Assembly: GCA_049967035.1 (NCBI GenBank)
Contig: JBMFTM010000001.1
Coordinates: 1 to 57,268 of the forward strand
Length of the DNA: 57,268 bases
Origin: Candidatus Acidifodinimicrobium sp.
GTDB lineage: Archaea; Nanobdellota; Nanobdellia; Parvarchaeales; Parvarchaeaceae
Direction of reading: 5' to 3'
Positions 38,958-47,367 of this stretch are shown here, piece by piece. Within the stretch, counting starts at the first letter, position 1. Each line of letters starts with the position of its first letter. The notes beneath the pieces were generated by a model. It searched no databases and was not told where the DNA came from. It was given only the letters and a program-made list of their open reading frames with translations. The position numbers and the translations under genes are program-made.

Positions 38958-39092
38958 TTAACTAATCCGCCGATAATCCCCATTTCGTGAGATGAGGGAT
39001 GAAAGGCGGTAAGGATAGTATTTATGTAAGAAATGGCAAACAAAAATATGCGTAATTACAAATTCAGGCTGTATCCGATAATCTATGGATAA
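38958..39092 (+). mobile_element. IS200/IS605-family (IS1341-like) left-end remnant with a truncated tnpB 5' fragment, copy A
   Basis: About 120 nt is roughly 90% identical to 51240-51358. It encodes MANKNMRNYKFRLYP (the TnpB/OrfB N-terminal signature YKFRLYP), then breaks off. The residual 19-codon ORF (39033-39092) ends inside the first codons of rnz. Confidence 0.6.
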
Positions 39093-40005
39093 CATCGTAT
39101 TGCTAGGAACTGGCTCTGCTGTGCCTACAAAGAGCAGGAATCACCCATCAATCTATCTCAATCTTTCTGGGAGCAAGGTGCTTTTGGACTGCGGGGAGGG
39201 TACGCAAAGACAGATAAGGATAGCTGACTTAAGCCCGTCTATAGATTATATTTTTTTAACTCACTGGCACGGCGATCATTCCCTCGGTGTAGGCGGTGTA
39301 ATACAAAGTTTGAACATGTCCAAGTCAAATAAGCCATTATATATATTCGGCCCTAAAGGCACTGAAAAAAGTGTGAAAAATATCTTGTCCACGTATAAAT
39401 TCTACAATAATATGAACATTGTAACTAGAGAGATAGACCAACCAAGAGAGAAAAAGATCGTAAGTATAGGCAATCATGATATTTACTCGATGAACGTAAG
39501 GCATTCTGTTCCATGCGTAGGGTACAAAATCAAGGAAAAGGACAGCATAAACATAAATAAGGATTTTCTCAAATCTCACGGTATAAAGCCATCAGAACAG
39601 CTTAGGAAGCTCAAAGAAGGAAAAGATATAGTTTACAATGGAAAGAGAATAAAGGCGAGCGAGGCTACGTACATAAAAAAAGGGGTGACCCTAGCTTATC
39701 TTACGGATCTGATATATGAGGAGAAGCTGGTAAAATTTGTGCAGGGAGTAGATGTTTTAATAACAGAATGCACTTTTTCATTCACTAAACAGAAAGAGGC
39801 AAAAGTATCTTTTCATTTAACCACGGAAGATGCAATTAAGTTGGCTTCAAAGGCGAAGGTTAAGTCGTTAGTGCTAATGCATCAAAGTCAAAGGTATGAA
39901 GGCACTGATATTATAGACAAAGAGGCAAGAGATCTGTGTAAGAAATACAAGTGCAAATTTAATACAATAATTGGTAAGGACTTGGATCGTATAAACTTGG
40001 GGTAG
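39085..40005 (+). CDS. rnz: ribonuclease Z (tRNA 3' endonuclease)
   Basis: Metallo-beta-lactamase motif LTHWHGDHSLG, N-terminal LLGTGSAVPTKSRNHPSIYL...LLDCGEGTQ, and the size typical of short RNase Z. Confidence 0.85.
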   Translation: MDNIVLLGTGSAVPTKSRNHPSIYLNLSGSKVLLDCGEGTQRQIRIADLSPSIDYIFLTHWHGDHSLGVGGVIQSLNMSKSNKPLYIFGPKGTEKSVKNILSTYKFYNNMNIVTREIDQPREKKIVSIGNHDIYSMNVRHSVPCVGYKIKEKDSININKDFLKSHGIKPSEQLRKLKEGKDIVYNGKRIKASEATYIKKGVTLAYLTDLIYEEKLVKFVQGVDVLITECTFSFTKQKEAKVSFHLTTEDAIKLASKAKVKSLVLMHQSQRYEGTDIIDKEARDLCKKYKCKFNTIIGKDLDRINLG

Positions 40006-40012
40006 TGATTGT

Positions 40013-40516
40013 ATGGATTTTGTGGATATAGTCTTGAACAATAATAATGAGTTTTTAGAGAAAGTAAAGAAGTTAGGCTTCAAAAAAATAGTTCTCATGC
40101 AGAACGGGGAACTTTTTGACCCATACAGTAAAAACCATTTCACCTTAAGTGTCTACTCTACAGGCAATTATATAAGCGCTATAAGGAAAGGTTCTGCTCA
40201 GGCTATATTCGGACTGTATGCAAATAAGGTGATATTAAACCCTGGCTTGTGCAAGAAGCTTAAAGAGAGTGGGATATTCGTAGTATTTGATTTCAAGTCA
40301 TTGATAAGATCCAAAAATTATTTTGATGCGTACAAGCTATACCTTAAAAATTCTACTTTATGCGATGAACATGGTGTAGATGCCCTGTTTGTATCTGCGG
40401 CCGAAAATGTCAACGAGATAAAATCCCCAATACAGCTCGTTTCTTTTGCTTTGGAGTTTGGTTATAAATACCAAAACTTTAGGAGAGCATCTAAAAGATT
40501 TATAAGCATGCTGTAA
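40013..40516 (+). CDS. rnp3: RNase P protein component 3 (Rpp30/Rnp3)-like, short
   Basis: The C-terminal pattern HGVDALFVSAAENVNEIKSPIQLVSFALEFGY matches the Rpp30 signature (vp.i.SSgA....lRsP.dl..l...lG). The preceding IFVVFDFKSLI matches the barrel strand. At 167 aa it is shorter than typical. Confidence 0.5.
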   Translation: MDFVDIVLNNNNEFLEKVKKLGFKKIVLMQNGELFDPYSKNHFTLSVYSTGNYISAIRKGSAQAIFGLYANKVILNPGLCKKLKESGIFVVFDFKSLIRSKNYFDAYKLYLKNSTLCDEHGVDALFVSAAENVNEIKSPIQLVSFALEFGYKYQNFRRASKRFISML

Positions 40517-40541
40517 ATCAATTTATAGCAGGGCATGGTTT

Positions 40542-41408
40542 ATGTCGCAGATAAAATTGTTTTTGTTGTTCTCTGTATTGGCTGTCTTGCTGGTGTTCTT
40601 GGGAGGCATAATAGGCTACATTTTTGGCGATGTACTGCTGTTCGTGTCGATTTTCTTAGTATTGGCACTGGGGTTGAACTTTTACTCGTATTTTTACAGC
40701 GACAAGTTGGCATTGAGAATGACAAAATCTAAGCTTGTAACAGAGAAGGAAGAGCCAAGGCTGTACAGAATAGTCAAGAAAGTAGCAGATAAAGTTAATA
40801 TCAACATGCCGAAGGTCGGAGTTATGGAGACAAATATTCCCAATGCCTTTGCTACAGGGAGAGATGAGAAGCACTCTGTCGTAGTTGCCACTAGGGGGAT
40901 ACTGAATATGCTAGATGATGATGAGTTGGAGGCTGTTATTGGACATGAGATAGGTCATATCACAAATAAGGATATATTGATATCTACAATCGCAGCAAGC
41001 ATTGCGACGATGATATCGTATATTGGAAATATCATCATATTCTCTGAGATCTTCGGTGGAGATCAAAGGAACAATAACTCAGGGATACTGTTGCTGGTAG
41101 CTGCGGTTCTTATCCCTATAGGCGCAACGTTTGTTCAGTTAGGGATATCAAGATCTAGGGAGACAAGTGCTGATATAACAAGTGTGAGGACTGTGAAAAA
41201 GCCGGATGCTTTGATATCGGCTTTGAGGAAGATAAGCAATGTTACGCCGGCTAAAGCGGTAAGAAGCAATAATGTAGGCGCTTTCTCCTCCCTTTTTATT
41301 GTTAATAACTTTAGTTCCCACACTTTGATGAATCTGTTCTCTACCCACCCCTCCTTAGACAAGAGAATAGCAGATATAACAAAGGCGAAAAAAGAACTAG
41401 GAATGTAA
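40542..41408 (+). CDS. htpX: HtpX-like M48 membrane protease
   Basis: Two N-terminal TM helices, NAFATG, HEIGHI zinc motif, two further TM helices and a C-terminal STHPSLDKRI. Confidence 0.9.
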   Translation: MSQIKLFLLFSVLAVLLVFLGGIIGYIFGDVLLFVSIFLVLALGLNFYSYFYSDKLALRMTKSKLVTEKEEPRLYRIVKKVADKVNINMPKVGVMETNIPNAFATGRDEKHSVVVATRGILNMLDDDELEAVIGHEIGHITNKDILISTIAASIATMISYIGNIIIFSEIFGGDQRNNNSGILLLVAAVLIPIGATFVQLGISRSRETSADITSVRTVKKPDALISALRKISNVTPAKAVRSNNVGAFSSLFIVNNFSSHTLMNLFSTHPSLDKRIADITKAKKELGM

Positions 41409-41411
41409 AAT

Positions 41412-41702
41412 CTATGTCATCCCTATGAGTGTGCATTTGCTGTTAACTATGACGGTGTCTTTGGACGTGCATGTTGATTTCAGTGAGCTGTTAGACACAG
41501 CACACCCATACCCATAAGCAATGTCATTAGATATGCAGGAGTTAGATATGGTTCCCGTGGTTCTGCTAAGATTCTGACACTGTAATTCGCACAATCCCTG
41601 TGCAACTTCTCTGTGTTGTATCGTTGGATCAGAATAGAATATAATCGCACCTATAATTAGAATAAACACAATAGCTATAATTATAGTTTCAGACTTATTC
41701 AT
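41412..41702 (-). CDS. small secreted or membrane-anchored Cys-rich protein, function unknown
   Basis: 96 aa with an N-terminal hydrophobic anchor (IIIAIVFILIIGAIIF) followed by 8 Cys in about 70 aa. Confidence 0.4.
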   Translation of the reverse strand: MNKSETIIIAIVFILIIGAIIFYSDPTIQHREVAQGLCELQCQNLSRTTGTISNSCISNDIAYGYGCAVSNSSLKSTCTSKDTVIVNSKCTLIGMT

Positions 41703-41707
41703 AGTTT

Positions 41708-41839
41708 TCAGCCTATATAGTGTTTAATCTGATCTTTATCTGACCAAATCTCGATAAGTTTATCTCTTTGTTTAGGATCAAGTTGGTCCAATGAGATAAA
41801 ATCATCATCTTCATCGTAGTCTGTATAGCCAATCTCCAT
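41708..41839 (-). CDS. possible 43-aa acidic protein
   Basis: Untracked ATG ORF MEIGYTDYDEDDDFISLDQLDPKQRDKLIEIWSDKDQIKHYIG. Its stop is 5 nt before the ATG of the Cys-rich gene. There is no homology evidence. Confidence 0.2.
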   Translation of the reverse strand: MEIGYTDYDEDDDFISLDQLDPKQRDKLIEIWSDKDQIKHYIG

Positions 41840-41950
41840 AGACGAACCTTCAGTATTCACCTGAAAACCTATAAATTATACTAAAACATCAAATTATTTA
41901 AGCTTGATGGACTATATGTTTTTTATATACACAGGAGAAATGAGACAATT

Positions 41951-42373
41951 ATGCCATATAGAAGGGTTAGTGTTATTATTCTAAAGGGCGACCAAGTTCT
42001 CTTGGTCAAATTAAAAGAGATGGATAGAGCTCTGCCTAGATCTACATGGGTGTTCCCGTTTCTTAATCTAAGCGAAGGAGATAGCCCGCGTAAAGCTATG
42101 GGCGATCTGCTTACAAACCTAAGTATCTCCTTTGACATACAGGATAAGATATTTAGGTATGTGCCAAGTGAAAATCCAAAGTTAAACTACATCGTATATG
42201 TGGTGTCATATAAATCTGGAGATCCGGATGTTTCCAAATACTTCCAGACCTACAAGTGGGTTAACATAAAAGATATAACAGCATATTCCACTTCTTTCAT
42301 GGACTCGAATATAACTGCTTACCTTAATGACGTTGCTGAAAGATACGCTAAATTTGATTTCAATAAGACTTAG
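41951..42373 (+). CDS. Nudix-fold protein with a degenerate Nudix box, tentative
   Basis: VSVIILKGDQVLLVK...WVFPFLNLSEGDSPRKAMGDLLTNLSI has the Nudix layout. The REx2EE acidic residues are replaced. Confidence 0.35.
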   Translation: MPYRRVSVIILKGDQVLLVKLKEMDRALPRSTWVFPFLNLSEGDSPRKAMGDLLTNLSISFDIQDKIFRYVPSENPKLNYIVYVVSYKSGDPDVSKYFQTYKWVNIKDITAYSTSFMDSNITAYLNDVAERYAKFDFNKT

Positions 42374-43625
42374 TGAAGTTTATATCTTTCACTAGAATAG
42401 ACGGCACGTGGGTCGGTATGTCATTCTCCCAAGATTTCACATATCTTCCGTTGTTCCCGAAGTATAGTATGTTTTTCATTTGATTAAGGATATTATCACT
42501 TATTCTTAGGTTTTTTATTGCGCCTTTGACTGTTCCCCTCTCAATCAGCAGCACTGCGTCCTTTGGCATAGTTGAATAATCGCCTTTCAATATGTTGTTG
42601 AATCTGGTGTACCACAGGTTATTTATCACAATACATCTTTCAGTCTTGCCTAAAAGTTCATCGTAGGATAAATTTCCATTGTCTATGAACAGGTTCCTTG
42701 GCTCCCCGCTTATTATCCCTGCATTACCATGATTCTTTGCCTTTAAGGCAGCAGCTGTGGTGTTGTTGTGCAGCAATTCCAATAACTTCCCGTCTTTTAC
42801 GATGTAAAAGTTAGAGCATTTTGTGTTCTCATCGTCAAACGGAGTAAACTCAGGCCCATCAAATCTGTCTTGCATGGAGACAACTTCAGATGCTACATAA
42901 GTGTTTATTTTGTCAACTAGAAAGCTTTCATGGTTCAATATATTAAACGCGGATGCAGACTGCGCAAGCATAGAAAACAGTACAGAGCTTGCCATGGGGA
43001 GCAGTATGGCATCAGCTTTGCCTTGAAAGTCCACCCAATTAGGTTTTATGTCAGCTAAGCCTTCTATTTCATTAATCACAGTTTTAGGGTCTATCTTCTC
43101 ATTTTGGCTGTATACCCTGCCATAGGCACCAACATAACTTTTCTTTCCGTTTAAGTTGAGTTCGCTGCTTCCAGTTTGAACTGATATATCTTTACCAAAT
43201 GAGTCCACAGTATGTGTTTTAATTTTGTTTTGCTTTATAGTCCCGTTTAGTGTTATACCAGTTTGTGAAGATTCCTTCAACAAGTCTTCTATTATATTGT
43301 TTTGTTTTGTGTATTTTCCATTGAATATGTATTTTGTCTTTCCAGGGGTTATACCATTGAATTGGGTTTCTCCTACATTATTAAGTAAGTTTACCGCTCT
43401 CTTTACTATTTTATCCTCACTGTCATCTATCTTTGCGTATATGTTTGTCCTCTTTTTCCCTCTTATTACATAGGCTATGATCTGTTCCGACCATTGTTTC
43501 TCTAGTATGGAAACTTTATTGTCGAATATCCTTGTTACCTCTGCTTCAGATATAGCGTAGTTTATAGATGAGGTTATACCCTCTTGTTCTAGCTTTTTGA
43601 TCAGTAAATTCAGGTTAATACACAG
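42360..43625 (-). CDS. pmbA: PmbA/TldE-family protein (TldD partner); start codon unresolved
   Basis: The track ORF (42360-43283) starts at TTG. The same frame stays open upstream to 43625 and encodes a PmbA-like N-terminal domain (LIKKLEQEGITSSINYAISEAEVTRIFDNKVSILEKQW...). That stretch contains no ATG, GTG or TTG. Confidence 0.7.
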   Translation of the reverse strand: MCINLNLLIKKLEQEGITSSINYAISEAEVTRIFDNKVSILEKQWSEQIIAYVIRGKKRTNIYAKIDDSEDKIVKRAVNLLNNVGETQFNGITPGKTKYIFNGKYTKQNNIIEDLLKESSQTGITLNGTIKQNKIKTHTVDSFGKDISVQTGSSELNLNGKKSYVGAYGRVYSQNEKIDPKTVINEIEGLADIKPNWVDFQGKADAILLPMASSVLFSMLAQSASAFNILNHESFLVDKINTYVASEVVSMQDRFDGPEFTPFDDENTKCSNFYIVKDGKLLELLHNNTTAAALKAKNHGNAGIISGEPRNLFIDNGNLSYDELLGKTERCIVINNLWYTRFNNILKGDYSTMPKDAVLLIERGTVKGAIKNLRISDNILNQMKNILYFGNNGRYVKSWENDIPTHVPSILVKDINFTKSY

Positions 43626-45036
43626 TCACCCCCTCAATTAGCATGTTAGGCCCGCCTACAAAAACAGGTATACCCTGCATCGGATCTCCTTTACCGCACT
43701 CCGCAGCGTTAAACTCTAAGTTTTCATCAACAGCAACTACATTATTCCACAGGTTCTTGGTGGTGATCTCTATAACAGGATCCTTTATCATTTCTCTTAT
43801 CTCCCCATTTTTCACATAGTACGCTTCTAAGCCAACATATTTTTGGTTCTCTCTAGTTTCATTTATGTTCCATTCATTGAATGATTTAACATATATCCCT
43901 TCTTTCAGTTGTTCTAGAAGCTCTTTGAATGTTAAGCTACCCGGCGCTACATAAGTATTTGCCATCCTTATTATGGGCTCCATGGCTGCTGTGGAAGATC
44001 TTAGAGCTGCATTGCTTTGCATTCCTATCTTTCTTGAGTAAGCTCTGTCCATCAAGAAGCTGTTAACTATCCCTTTGTCAACAAGCTTTCTCTTCGAAGC
44101 TTTTGTACCTTCGCTGTCGAATTTATAGAAACCATATGAGCCAGGTATAGTAGGGTCATCAAATATGCTGACTTTATCTGAACCTATCCTTCTTCGGTTT
44201 GAGATGTCATTCTTATCGAAGTAAGAGCTGCCTCCTTGTGCTTGCTCCCTCCCCAAAACCCTATCTAATTCTAATGGATGCCCTATGCTTTCATGCGCCA
44301 TTATCCCAGATATCTCGCTTCCAACGATTATATTATACTTCTTTGGCACGGCTTTATTGGTATTTCTTGATACCTTGTGAAGCACATCCACCTCACTCTT
44401 TAGTTTGTTTGTTAACTTAAAGTCCAAATCACGATACGCCCCGGAATATCCTACTTGAATGTAGCGTGTTACTGGATTTAGATCATCTATCACCAAAGTA
44501 ACTAATGAGTTGATGTAAGGGATCTTAGCCTCTATGAAGCTGCCCGCACTATCTATGAATATGCGTCTAGTAAGCGTAAGTCCAAAGAATACATTGTTTG
44601 TCTTGACCTTCTTATTCTGCAGGTATTCGGAGATATGATTTGCGTCTTTACCTAATCTATCCAAACTGATATCTTCAATTTTTTCTTTTCCATCTTTTAC
44701 CTCGTACTTTTCATTTACTGTTTTATCAGTCGAGGATATATCATTTATTTCAAATCCCTTTATTTTGTCCATCTTTTCTTTTAAGTGATTTACAGCGTCG
44801 TAAACATCAAATTTATTTGGGAGATTTAAAGAGGCAAACCCAATCCTTCCCTTCTTGGAGAATCTGACACCTACGAGGACTTCATCCCCCTCCTCAGATA
44901 TGTTCAGCTTCCCATTCGTGATCCATACACCTTTCGAAACACTGCTCTCTAAATTTATCTGCAAAAAATCTACTTGGCTCTTTAATTTCTTACGCAGTCT
45001 TTCAGCAAAATCAATGTGATCATCAAAATCAATCAT
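43615..45036 (-). CDS. tldD: TldD-family metalloprotease
   Basis: HESIGHPLELDRV (HExxxH) and the C-terminal CGKGDPMQGIPVFVGGP are typical of TldD. Confidence 0.9.
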   Translation of the reverse strand: MIDFDDHIDFAERLRKKLKSQVDFLQINLESSVSKGVWITNGKLNISEEGDEVLVGVRFSKKGRIGFASLNLPNKFDVYDAVNHLKEKMDKIKGFEINDISSTDKTVNEKYEVKDGKEKIEDISLDRLGKDANHISEYLQNKKVKTNNVFFGLTLTRRIFIDSAGSFIEAKIPYINSLVTLVIDDLNPVTRYIQVGYSGAYRDLDFKLTNKLKSEVDVLHKVSRNTNKAVPKKYNIIVGSEISGIMAHESIGHPLELDRVLGREQAQGGSSYFDKNDISNRRRIGSDKVSIFDDPTIPGSYGFYKFDSEGTKASKRKLVDKGIVNSFLMDRAYSRKIGMQSNAALRSSTAAMEPIIRMANTYVAPGSLTFKELLEQLKEGIYVKSFNEWNINETRENQKYVGLEAYYVKNGEIREMIKDPVIEITTKNLWNNVVAVDENLEFNAAECGKGDPMQGIPVFVGGPNMLIEGVTVY

Positions 45037-45047
45037 AAAAATTGACC

Positions 45048-45761
45048 TTATCCGTAAGTTTCTTCCTTTAAGCTTTTTGTTTGGTTTGTTTTGTTTATTA
45101 AGCTGTTTAATTTACTGACGACCCTCTTGTACTCATTCACTAAATCAGTGGTGTCAATATGAATATCAACCACGTTCTCCAGGGCTTTTATTAGAGATGA
45201 CGCAGCTAACCCATCAGGGATGCTCATGTGGGTCTCTGCCATCAAACCTAAGAATGGAATTTTATTATCCTTCGCTGTCAAAGCTATGCTTGCGTTTATG
45301 CCTATCATAGCGCCGTCTTCCAGCTCCTTTGCATTTTTTATCTCCTTATCAAAGCCTTCAGATATGAAATAAGTTTCACCTTTTTCCTTCTCTTCAGAGG
45401 CTTCTATAGCATCTATCGCAATTATCCCTCTGGCCTTTATCTTTTCGTATAGCTCGAGGATATCCTTTGTAAGCTCATTTATATTTTGTGCAGGTATTGG
45501 AACCTGAGAAGTTATGAAAATAGAATTTCCACCCTCAAATAATCTCACTGGATAATCCAGATGTTTATCTTCGATTATTGCAATTTGACTTAGGCTGCTT
45601 ACTTGAATATGGCCCACTTTTTTGATTATCTTTTTTTGTATCAGATAGTTCGCCGCAAGCAAAGACACAAGCCCCGCAGTCGGAAAAGCGGTAACTATAT
45701 AGTGACCCGGCGTTATCTGCGAATTTAAAACAATTTTATTTTCCATTGGAATACTTCTCAT
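45048..45761 (-). CDS. PAC2-family proteasome assembly chaperone-like protein
   Basis: HYIVTAFPTAGLVSLLAANYL...YPVRLFEGGNSIFITSQVPIP and the roughly 240-aa size match archaeal PAC2/PbaB-type proteins. Confidence 0.55.
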   Translation of the reverse strand: MRSIPMENKIVLNSQITPGHYIVTAFPTAGLVSLLAANYLIQKKIIKKVGHIQVSSLSQIAIIEDKHLDYPVRLFEGGNSIFITSQVPIPAQNINELTKDILELYEKIKARGIIAIDAIEASEEKEKGETYFISEGFDKEIKNAKELEDGAMIGINASIALTAKDNKIPFLGLMAETHMSIPDGLAASSLIKALENVVDIHIDTTDLVNEYKRVVSKLNSLINKTNQTKSLKEETYG

Positions 45762-45811
45762 TATCAGTTTATAAGTTTTTAGCCGAATAGTGCATTGTAT
45801 GTCTGCCTAAT

Positions 45812-46591
45812 TCACAGCGGGAAATAAGGTATTTTCCCTAAAAATATCATAACACTTACGGCTAATGAGATGACAAAAAATGTAGCCCATATTTTCTTGT
45901 TCCATCTGAAGACCTTTGCCCCATCCAATGGCATTATTGGTATCAAGTTAAACGCACAAAGATAAAAGTTTACGAAAGCTGGTATCGCGAGTATTATCAG
46001 GATAGGGTAAGCAGCTGCTACAGTTAAGTTTAAGTATACGGCTAAAAAGAAAGCAAGATAAAATAATCCAAGGAAAACAAAGCCGAATATCAGATTTATC
46101 TTTGGTCCGGCAAATGATATTATTCCATACCTTTTCCTAAATCCATTTGGATCCATGTACATCTCACTCGGGTCTGGTTCAAAGTATGTCGCCCCAGGTG
46201 CGGCGTATACAAATCCGAACAAGCTGGTTACAAGCGCAAGGAGAAGCCCAAAAATCCACATCCTGAAATGCGCTTCGTACCCATATCTCTGCGCGTCGAA
46301 CTTATGCATTAGCTCGTGCATTATGAATCCACAGGCTATGGCTATCATTGAGCCTATGAATATGTAAATGAAGGAGAATTTACCTAAAATCTGCAGAATT
46401 TGCGACCCCGAAAAGTCATAAAAGAGAGCGTAGGCGAATGCGACTGATAGCGCGAACCATGCGATACCTATATCTATCAATTCTCTTTTGTTGAAACCGT
46501 ACCTGGTATAGTCAATATTGAGTCTAAGATTGAACCTGCGCAACGCATGTCTTTTCCTATGCTTTATTACCCTCGCTCTTCTCTCTACCAT
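45812..46591 (-). CDS. site-2 protease family (M50) membrane metalloprotease
   Basis: HELMH zinc motif within a TM helix, and NLIPIMPLDGAKV (NxxPxxxLDG). Confidence 0.85.
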   Translation of the reverse strand: MVERRARVIKHRKRHALRRFNLRLNIDYTRYGFNKRELIDIGIAWFALSVAFAYALFYDFSGSQILQILGKFSFIYIFIGSMIAIACGFIMHELMHKFDAQRYGYEAHFRMWIFGLLLALVTSLFGFVYAAPGATYFEPDPSEMYMDPNGFRKRYGIISFAGPKINLIFGFVFLGLFYLAFFLAVYLNLTVAAAYPILIILAIPAFVNFYLCAFNLIPIMPLDGAKVFRWNKKIWATFFVISLAVSVMIFLGKIPYFPL

Positions 46592-47367
46592 ATGCCAGCA
46601 GAAACTACCTCTTTGTATAAATCCATTAAGTCATCCAAGCTAAGAAAGAAAACTTTCTCCTTTAAATAGTTCTTGTTGACTTTACTCAGCTTTTCCCTTA
46701 TCGAATCTTTGTCGCTTGTTTTAAGTTTGCTTCTGCTTGACATTATAGCCGTGTAAACGTTCTTTTTTTTGTGTTGGAAAATAAGTTTGCAGAAGTTTAT
46801 GAAGTTGTCATCAATCTTTATGTTTTTTGGTTTTATCTTTATCACTATTGAATCAACTGAGGGAATAGGCCTGAAGTTTGCTTTGCTGACATCCATTATC
46901 TTGGTGATACTGCAAGTATATGTGCAGAATATAGTTAGCATAGAATAATCAGTGTAGCCGGGGGCAGCGAGCATTCTCTCCCCAAACTCCTTCTGATACA
47001 TTAAAACTGCTATAGAGTCCACATGGTTGTTCATAAAGCGGATTATCCTTTCAGTTATAGGTGATGCGATGCTGTAGGGTAGATTTGATATTATCTTATT
47101 TACATCCCCGGGGAAAGGCATCTCTAGAATATCCTGGTTTATGAACTCTATGTTTTTGTAGTTTGAAAGCTTTACCTTTGACTTATCTATTAGGAATAAG
47201 TCTTTCTCGACTGCATACACTTTTTTTGCCTTTGAAGCTATTTTCTCTGTGAGCCTTCCATCCCCGCTCCCTATCTCTAAGACTATATCGTTTTTATCGA
47301 GTTCTGCTGCTTCTATTATCTTGTCCATTATAGCTTTATTCTTCAGGAAAACTTTTGAGTTGTTCAT
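46585..47367 (-). CDS. rsmA: 16S rRNA (adenine-N6,N6)-dimethyltransferase KsgA/Dim1
   Basis: VLEIGSGDGRLT, AVEKD, ISNLPYSIASPI and FRPIPSVDS. Confidence 0.9.
   Translation of the reverse strand: MNNSKVFLKNKAIMDKIIEAAELDKNDIVLEIGSGDGRLTEKIASKAKKVYAVEKDLFLIDKSKVKLSNYKNIEFINQDILEMPFPGDVNKIISNLPYSIASPITERIIRFMNNHVDSIAVLMYQKEFGERMLAAPGYTDYSMLTIFCTYTCSITKIMDVSKANFRPIPSVDSIVIKIKPKNIKIDDNFINFCKLIFQHKKKNVYTAIMSSRSKLKTSDKDSIREKLSKVNKNYLKEKVFFLSLDDLMDLYKEVVSAGIW

Noticed and set aside
38975-39030. The conserved TTCGTGAGATGAGGGATGAAAGGCGGTAAGG element as a riboswitch or other cis-regulatory RNA shared by rnz and aglB.
   Set aside because: The conservation continues seamlessly into a TnpB N-terminal coding fragment (YKFRLYP). 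The unit is therefore better explained as an IS200/IS605 left end than as a dedicated regulatory RNA.
40535-40732. Overlapping 61-65-aa ORFs on both strands at the htpX 5' end.
   Set aside because: They lie within the well-supported htpX coding region and have no independent support.
43590-43680. A BHB intron or other splice motif at the tldD/pmbA junction, by analogy with cbf5.
   Set aside because: I could not find a 4-bp central helix with two opposed 3-nt bulges around the junction. No excision I tried creates a start codon or a sensible fusion.
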